DNA from: Bacteriovoracaceae bacterium
Lineage (GTDB): Bacteria; Bdellovibrionota; Bacteriovoracia; Bacteriovoracales; Bacteriovoracaceae
Direction: 5' to 3'
NCBI GenBank assembly: GCA_018649885.1
Contig: JABIHA010000113.1
Span: 1-64,000 of the forward strand
DNA: 64,000 bases
Below, piece after piece: positions 59,298-64,000 of the stretch. The notes under the pieces were generated by a model that worked only from the letters and a program-made list of their open reading frames with translations, made no database searches and was not told where the DNA came from. A program made the position numbers and the translations under genes. Every line of letters starts with the position of its first letter. Positions within the stretch are counted from its first letter, which is position 1.

Positions 59298-60650
59298 ATG
59301 GACTATTCTAGTCAACTTTTAGTAGTAGGAGAGGACAATGGCCTAAGGGCCAAGTGCATACTCATCCTTGAAAACCTCTTTGATACCAGTCTGATCATCG
59401 AGTACACAAATATATCTGAAGCCATTGAAGAAATTGAAATGAATGACACTATTACCTTTGTGGTATTGCAGGCTTCTGCTGATGAGATGGCACAAAACGA
59501 TTTTAATGAACAGCTAAAAAAAATGAATTCAAGCTGCCCAGTTTTAGTCATAACAGATGAAGATGAATTCAAGGATAATAACAAAATATGTTATATCCAA
59601 ACTCCTTTCACAGTGGCAGATTTTCAAAAAAAGATTTCGCGTATTCACCAAGACCTTGCTGAAGATTCCAACAACGCCAGCTACAGAAAAGTAAGGATTG
59701 CCAATTTTTGGAGATTTAATAAATCTCTATGTGATATCTACCTAAAGCTTTCAGATATAAAATATGTCAAAATTATCAATAATAATGAGCAATATTCGCG
59801 TTCAGATATAGAAAAATATTCAAAGAAAAAGCTCGATCATCTCTATATTAGAAATGAAGATTTTGAAAACTTTGCTTGTGGCCAATTTCATACACCATTT
59901 TTAATTCTTGATAAATCTCAGTGGAAAGAAGGTCAGGAAGAAGAGGCCTTACTCACAACCCACGCTTTCATCCACGATCTTGCAAAAAATGTTGGTATTA
60001 GCAAGTTGGCAGTTGAACTTGCAGAAGCCTATGTAAAAGAAATCGAAGCACTCATAACTAAAGAAGAAGATATATATGGTTTATTTTTAAAAATGAGAGA
60101 AAATAGAGATTATCTTTATGATCACTCTTATTTAATATCTTGCTTAAGTGCTTCAATGTGCATGGAACTGCCCTGGAAAAACAGAGATGAAATTGCAAAA
60201 AAGCTTACACTGGCAGCTATTTTTCATGACATCACAATAGACGACCCAAACCTTGCTATGATTGATGACATTAACTCACCACTTCTTAAAGAATTCTCAC
60301 TTGAACAAAGAAAGAAATTTAAGGAGCATCCTGAAAAAACAGTAGAAATGATTCGAAAAATAAAGAGTTTTCCAGCCGATGTGGAAACTATTATCTTCCA
60401 GCATCATGAGAAAATTGATGGTAGTGGTTTTCCCAAAGGAATTGCCGAGAAACATATCTCTCCGCTATCTGGGGCCTTTCAAATTATCCACTCATTTGTT
60501 TCAGAGCTCTATAATCATGAGTTTGATCAGTCCAAGGTTGAAGAAATACTACTTGGGCTCTACAAAACCTATGGCAGCGGCGCTTTCAAAGTCCAAATGG
60601 AATCCCTTCTAAAGTCCCTAGAACTGGAATTGACCCTAAAATTTGAGTAA
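59298..60650 (+). CDS. Degenerate-REC + HD-GYP domain protein
   Basis: YDHS, FHDI, HPEK, QHHEKIDGSGFPKG; N-terminal REC-like fold. Confidence 0.82.
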   Translation: MDYSSQLLVVGEDNGLRAKCILILENLFDTSLIIEYTNISEAIEEIEMNDTITFVVLQASADEMAQNDFNEQLKKMNSSCPVLVITDEDEFKDNNKICYIQTPFTVADFQKKISRIHQDLAEDSNNASYRKVRIANFWRFNKSLCDIYLKLSDIKYVKIINNNEQYSRSDIEKYSKKKLDHLYIRNEDFENFACGQFHTPFLILDKSQWKEGQEEEALLTTHAFIHDLAKNVGISKLAVELAEAYVKEIEALITKEEDIYGLFLKMRENRDYLYDHSYLISCLSASMCMELPWKNRDEIAKKLTLAAIFHDITIDDPNLAMIDDINSPLLKEFSLEQRKKFKEHPEKTVEMIRKIKSFPADVETIIFQHHEKIDGSGFPKGIAEKHISPLSGAFQIIHSFVSELYNHEFDQSKVEEILLGLYKTYGSGAFKVQMESLLKSLELELTLKFE

Positions 60651-60731
60651 CACCTCCCCTGTGCGTCTTGCCCACTCCCCCATTTTGTTGCTATAAGCCA
60701 AAGTTAAACTAATTTGTCTTAGGGGAAGAAA

Positions 60732-61895
60732 ATGTGGTTTTTTTCACAAGAAGAAAAAGAGCTTCAAAACGTTTGCCAGAGCTTTGCTCAAAAAGAATTG
60801 GCACCAAAAGCCGCAGAGCTAGACAACACTGAAACTTTCAATTTAGAGGCCTTCAAAAAGATGGGCGAAATTGGACTTTTAGGCATCACTGCAGATCCTG
60901 AATATGGAGGAGCAGGCCTCGGGGCAACATCTGCAACCATTGTGATGGAAGAATTTGGCAAGGCTTGTGCATCAACTACTCTTTCGTATTTGGCCCACTC
61001 AATTCTATGTGTAAATAACATCGATAAAAATGCCTCAAAAGAACAAAAGCAGAAATATCTACCAAAGCTAATTACAGGCGAGCAGATTGGTTGCATGGGA
61101 ATGAGTGAGCCAGGCTATGGCTCTGACGCCATTGGTATCCAAACAAAAGCAAAGTTGAATGGCGATTCATACACAGTTAATGGCAGTAAAATGTGGATCA
61201 CCAATGCACAAAATAGTGACGTAGCCTATGTCTACACCAGGACTGGCGATCATAAAAAAGATCTCACAACATTTATTTTTGACAAAACCATGCCAGGATA
61301 CAGCACAGGAAATCCCATTCACAAAATGGGGATGAAGGCTTCCCCTACAGGTGAGCTAATTTTTGAAAATGCAAAAGTCCCAGTTGGTAATAGGGTAGGA
61401 GAAGAGGGTGACTCTGTTTACCACATGATGAGAAACCTCGAGCTTGAAAGAATTACTATCGCAGGCCTTTCACTGGGAATAGCAAAAGCATGTGTTGAAC
61501 AATGTCTTCGATATGCTAATGAAAGAAAGCAATTTGGAAAGTCTATCGGTGAATTTCAGCTCGTTCAAAAAATGATCGCTGAAATGACTACAGAGCTTGA
61601 AATGATGAGAAGTTTTCTCTATACCACTGCCAAAAGTTATGACGAAGGAAATGTCAGTCCTGCGAGATCAAGAGTTCTAGCAGCTCAGGTCAAACTAGCA
61701 ATCCCAAAAATGACTACTAAAATTGCCCTTGATGCTATTCAACTCCACGGTGGTTATGGATACTCAAGAGAGTTTCCAGTTGAAAGATATATGAGAGATA
61801 ACAAACTCAACGAAATTGGGGCTGGGACAAATGAAGTGATGATTATGATTATCGCTAAACAGCTTCTTAAAGATTCTCTTCAAAAAATGAGTTAA
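60732..61895 (+). CDS. Isovaleryl-CoA dehydrogenase-like acyl-CoA dehydrogenase
   Basis: AHSILCVN, MSEPGYGSD, GSKMWITN, LELER, EIGAGTNE. Confidence 0.88.
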   Translation: MWFFSQEEKELQNVCQSFAQKELAPKAAELDNTETFNLEAFKKMGEIGLLGITADPEYGGAGLGATSATIVMEEFGKACASTTLSYLAHSILCVNNIDKNASKEQKQKYLPKLITGEQIGCMGMSEPGYGSDAIGIQTKAKLNGDSYTVNGSKMWITNAQNSDVAYVYTRTGDHKKDLTTFIFDKTMPGYSTGNPIHKMGMKASPTGELIFENAKVPVGNRVGEEGDSVYHMMRNLELERITIAGLSLGIAKACVEQCLRYANERKQFGKSIGEFQLVQKMIAEMTTELEMMRSFLYTTAKSYDEGNVSPARSRVLAAQVKLAIPKMTTKIALDAIQLHGGYGYSREFPVERYMRDNKLNEIGAGTNEVMIMIIAKQLLKDSLQKMS

Positions 61896-61897
61896 TT

Positions 61898-63031
61898 ATG
61901 ACTAGTGGACTACATCTTGAACTTGTCGAACAAGTTAGAAAATTTTGCATCAAAAACATTGAGCCTACAGCTGAAAAAGATGATGGTGAAAGCAAATTTA
62001 ATATGGATATATACCGAGGCTTAGGTGAGCTCGGAGTTTGCGGCATTGTACTTCCAGAAAAGTATGGAGGAGCAGGCCTTGGTTATAGCGAGCTTATAGT
62101 CGTCTTAGAAGAAATTGCCAAATTCTCTGCATCATACGCAGTAACACTATCAGTCTCCACAATGGTTCAATCAATGATTGATACATACGGAAGCGAAGAA
62201 CAAAAACAAAAATATCTTCCAGAATTAACTTCTGGGAAAGAAATTGGTGCTTTCTCACTTTCAGAAGCCGGATCCGGCTCTGATGCAGCCTCTCTTAGGA
62301 CTAAAGCAACTTTGAAGGGTGAAGACTATATTTTAAATGGCAGTAAAATGTGGGTAACTTCAGGTGGAGTTGCAAAAACATATGTCGTAATGGCAAGAAG
62401 TGGAGCAGATGGACCAAAAGGGGTCAGCTCTTTTATCGTCCAAAATGGTCAAAGTGGTTTTGAGTTTGGAAAACTTGAAAGTAAAATGGGCCTCAAGGCC
62501 TCTCCTACCAGAGAGTTGATATTTGAAAATTGTAAAATACCCAAATCAAATATTTTAGGAAGCCAAGGTTTGGGATTCAATATTGCTATGAGCGCACTGG
62601 ACAGAGGGAGATTTACTATCGCTTCCATTGCAACTGGACTTGCTAAAAGATCACTTGATGAAGCTGTAAAATACTCCTTAACCAGAAAACAATTTAACCA
62701 ACCTATTTTTGAATTTCAAGGCCTTCAATTCATGATGGCCGATATGGCCTGTGAAATTACGGCTTCTGAACTTTTAGTACAAAAAGCTGCAACGAATTTT
62801 GATGCAGGAATAAATGATCAAAAAATTGCTGCCATGGCAAAATTGAAGGCCACAGATACTGCCATGTCAGTCACAACTGATGCTGTTCAAATAATGGGCG
62901 GAGTTGGATACACTAGTGAGTTTCCTCTTGAAAGATTCATGAGGGACGCAAAGGTTCTGCAAATTGTCGAAGGCACTAACCAAATTCAACGTGTAGTTAT
63001 TTCACGCATGCTAAAAAAGGAATACTCATAG
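61898..63031 (+). CDS. Acyl-CoA dehydrogenase (short/branched-chain type)
   Basis: LSEAGSGSDA, GSKMW, GGVGY, IVEGTNQIQR. Confidence 0.92.
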   Translation: MTSGLHLELVEQVRKFCIKNIEPTAEKDDGESKFNMDIYRGLGELGVCGIVLPEKYGGAGLGYSELIVVLEEIAKFSASYAVTLSVSTMVQSMIDTYGSEEQKQKYLPELTSGKEIGAFSLSEAGSGSDAASLRTKATLKGEDYILNGSKMWVTSGGVAKTYVVMARSGADGPKGVSSFIVQNGQSGFEFGKLESKMGLKASPTRELIFENCKIPKSNILGSQGLGFNIAMSALDRGRFTIASIATGLAKRSLDEAVKYSLTRKQFNQPIFEFQGLQFMMADMACEITASELLVQKAATNFDAGINDQKIAAMAKLKATDTAMSVTTDAVQIMGGVGYTSEFPLERFMRDAKVLQIVEGTNQIQRVVISRMLKKEYS

Positions 63032-64000
63032 TGAGCTTAAATTTATCTCTACCGAGTTATGCGACTTCAGAAAATTCAAATATTTCTCCAAAGTTTATAG
63101 AAGACTTCTTTAAAATTTTAAATAGAGAAGATGTCGGTTTTTTTAGATTAGAAGAATCCACTGAACACATCAAACAGTGCAAAGTGGTTTATCAAAAATT
63201 TCTTTTTAAAAAGACATTTGTGCATGTTGGGATTGGAGGCTCTTCACTTGGTCCCGAAATGTTAGTTGGTGCACTTGCCTGTGAAAGCATAGATCGACAA
63301 TTTACATTTATTAACAATATAGATCCAGACGAAATACACAGGCAATTGAAATCTATTGGTAATTTAGAAGACACTCTTTTTTACATCGTCAGTAAATCTG
63401 GTGGTACTGTTGAGACAAACGCGATACTTGCCATAATTCTTAACTTTTTAAAATCAAGGGGCGTAGAAGATAGCGAGCTAAGAGACTACTTTGTTTTTTG
63501 TACTGACCCAAAAACAAGCCAGCTAAGAGAGCTTGCAAAACGCCATCAAATTGATTGTATACCTATTCCTAGTAATGTCGGTGGGCGGTTTTCAGTCCTC
63601 TCTCCAGCGGGACTATTACCTGCCCTATTTGCAGGTATTGATATTGACTCTCTTGTAGAGGGTGCAAAAAGTATGGCAGATGCTATTAGCTCTAAAACGA
63701 GTGAGTACGCTCTGCTAATTGATTTATTCAGTGGCCTAAAAAACGCCTTAGAGAAAAATGTAAATCAAACAGTTCTTATGCCCTACTCTTCAAGATTAAG
63801 AAATTTCTCCTCCTGGTTTGTTCAACTTTGGGCCGAATCACTTGGAAAAAAAGAAAACCTCGAAGGAAAAACACTAAATCTAGGACTTACCCCTATTTCA
63901 GCATTCGGGGCGACTGATCAGCACTCCCAGATGCAACTTTTTAAAGAGGGGCCAATCGACAAATTTATTATCTTTATAGGGATTGAAAAGTTCACCCATG
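63031..64000 (+). CDS. pgi: Glucose-6-phosphate isomerase (runs off the window end)
   Basis: Own translation from GTG 63031: VGIGGSSLG, SKSGGTVET, VGGRFSVLS, QLWAESLGK, GATDQHSQ. Confidence 0.93.
   Translation, partial: MSLNLSLPSYATSENSNISPKFIEDFFKILNREDVGFFRLEESTEHIKQCKVVYQKFLFKKTFVHVGIGGSSLGPEMLVGALACESIDRQFTFINNIDPDEIHRQLKSIGNLEDTLFYIVSKSGGTVETNAILAIILNFLKSRGVEDSELRDYFVFCTDPKTSQLRELAKRHQIDCIPIPSNVGGRFSVLSPAGLLPALFAGIDIDSLVEGAKSMADAISSKTSEYALLIDLFSGLKNALEKNVNQTVLMPYSSRLRNFSSWFVQLWAESLGKKENLEGKTLNLGLTPISAFGATDQHSQMQLFKEGPIDKFIIFIGIEKFTH

Noticed and set aside
2577..63374. Many short antisense or alternate-frame ORFs in the track (e.g. 2577-3026, 11277-11597, 35477-35830, 63192-63374)
   Set aside because: Shadows of well-supported genes with no independent signals.

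Overview
AT-rich bacterial chromosomal window, gene-dense and mostly on the minus strand. Gene content (S74-chaperone fibre proteins, PilZ, HD-GYP, many secreted hypotheticals) suggests a predatory Bdellovibrionota/Bacteriovoracia-like organism; this assignment is inference. Core content: RluA, motAB, PabB-like, dnaB, rplI, DUF2232, a fused rpsF-rpsR, RNase G/E, Tas, NupC, PNP, DEDDh exonuclease, ftsEX-envC-ctpA-xseA-M23, HD dNTPase, sigma54 activator, sppA-lapB...tolQRAB, rlmN, HD-GYP, two acyl-CoA dehydrogenases and a partial pgi. Most notable: (1) two tandem paralogous fibre genes that join a type IV prepilin N-terminus, YadA-head repeats and a phage-type S74 autochaperone, with a conserved base and a variable tip; (2) a single-chain S6-S18 ribosomal protein that keeps an S6:S18-type RNA leader; (3) an unannotated ~270-nt plus-strand structured RNA candidate at 22.0-22.3 kb with four internal repeats; (4) a TIR-bounded ~950-bp element carrying a frameshifted secreted ankyrin gene; (5) a 1345-aa secreted atypical kinase-fold protein; (6) several apparent pseudo-enzymes; (7) sigma28-like promoters and CsrA-like sites. 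No rRNA, tRNA, CRISPR array, integrase or transposase was recognised.
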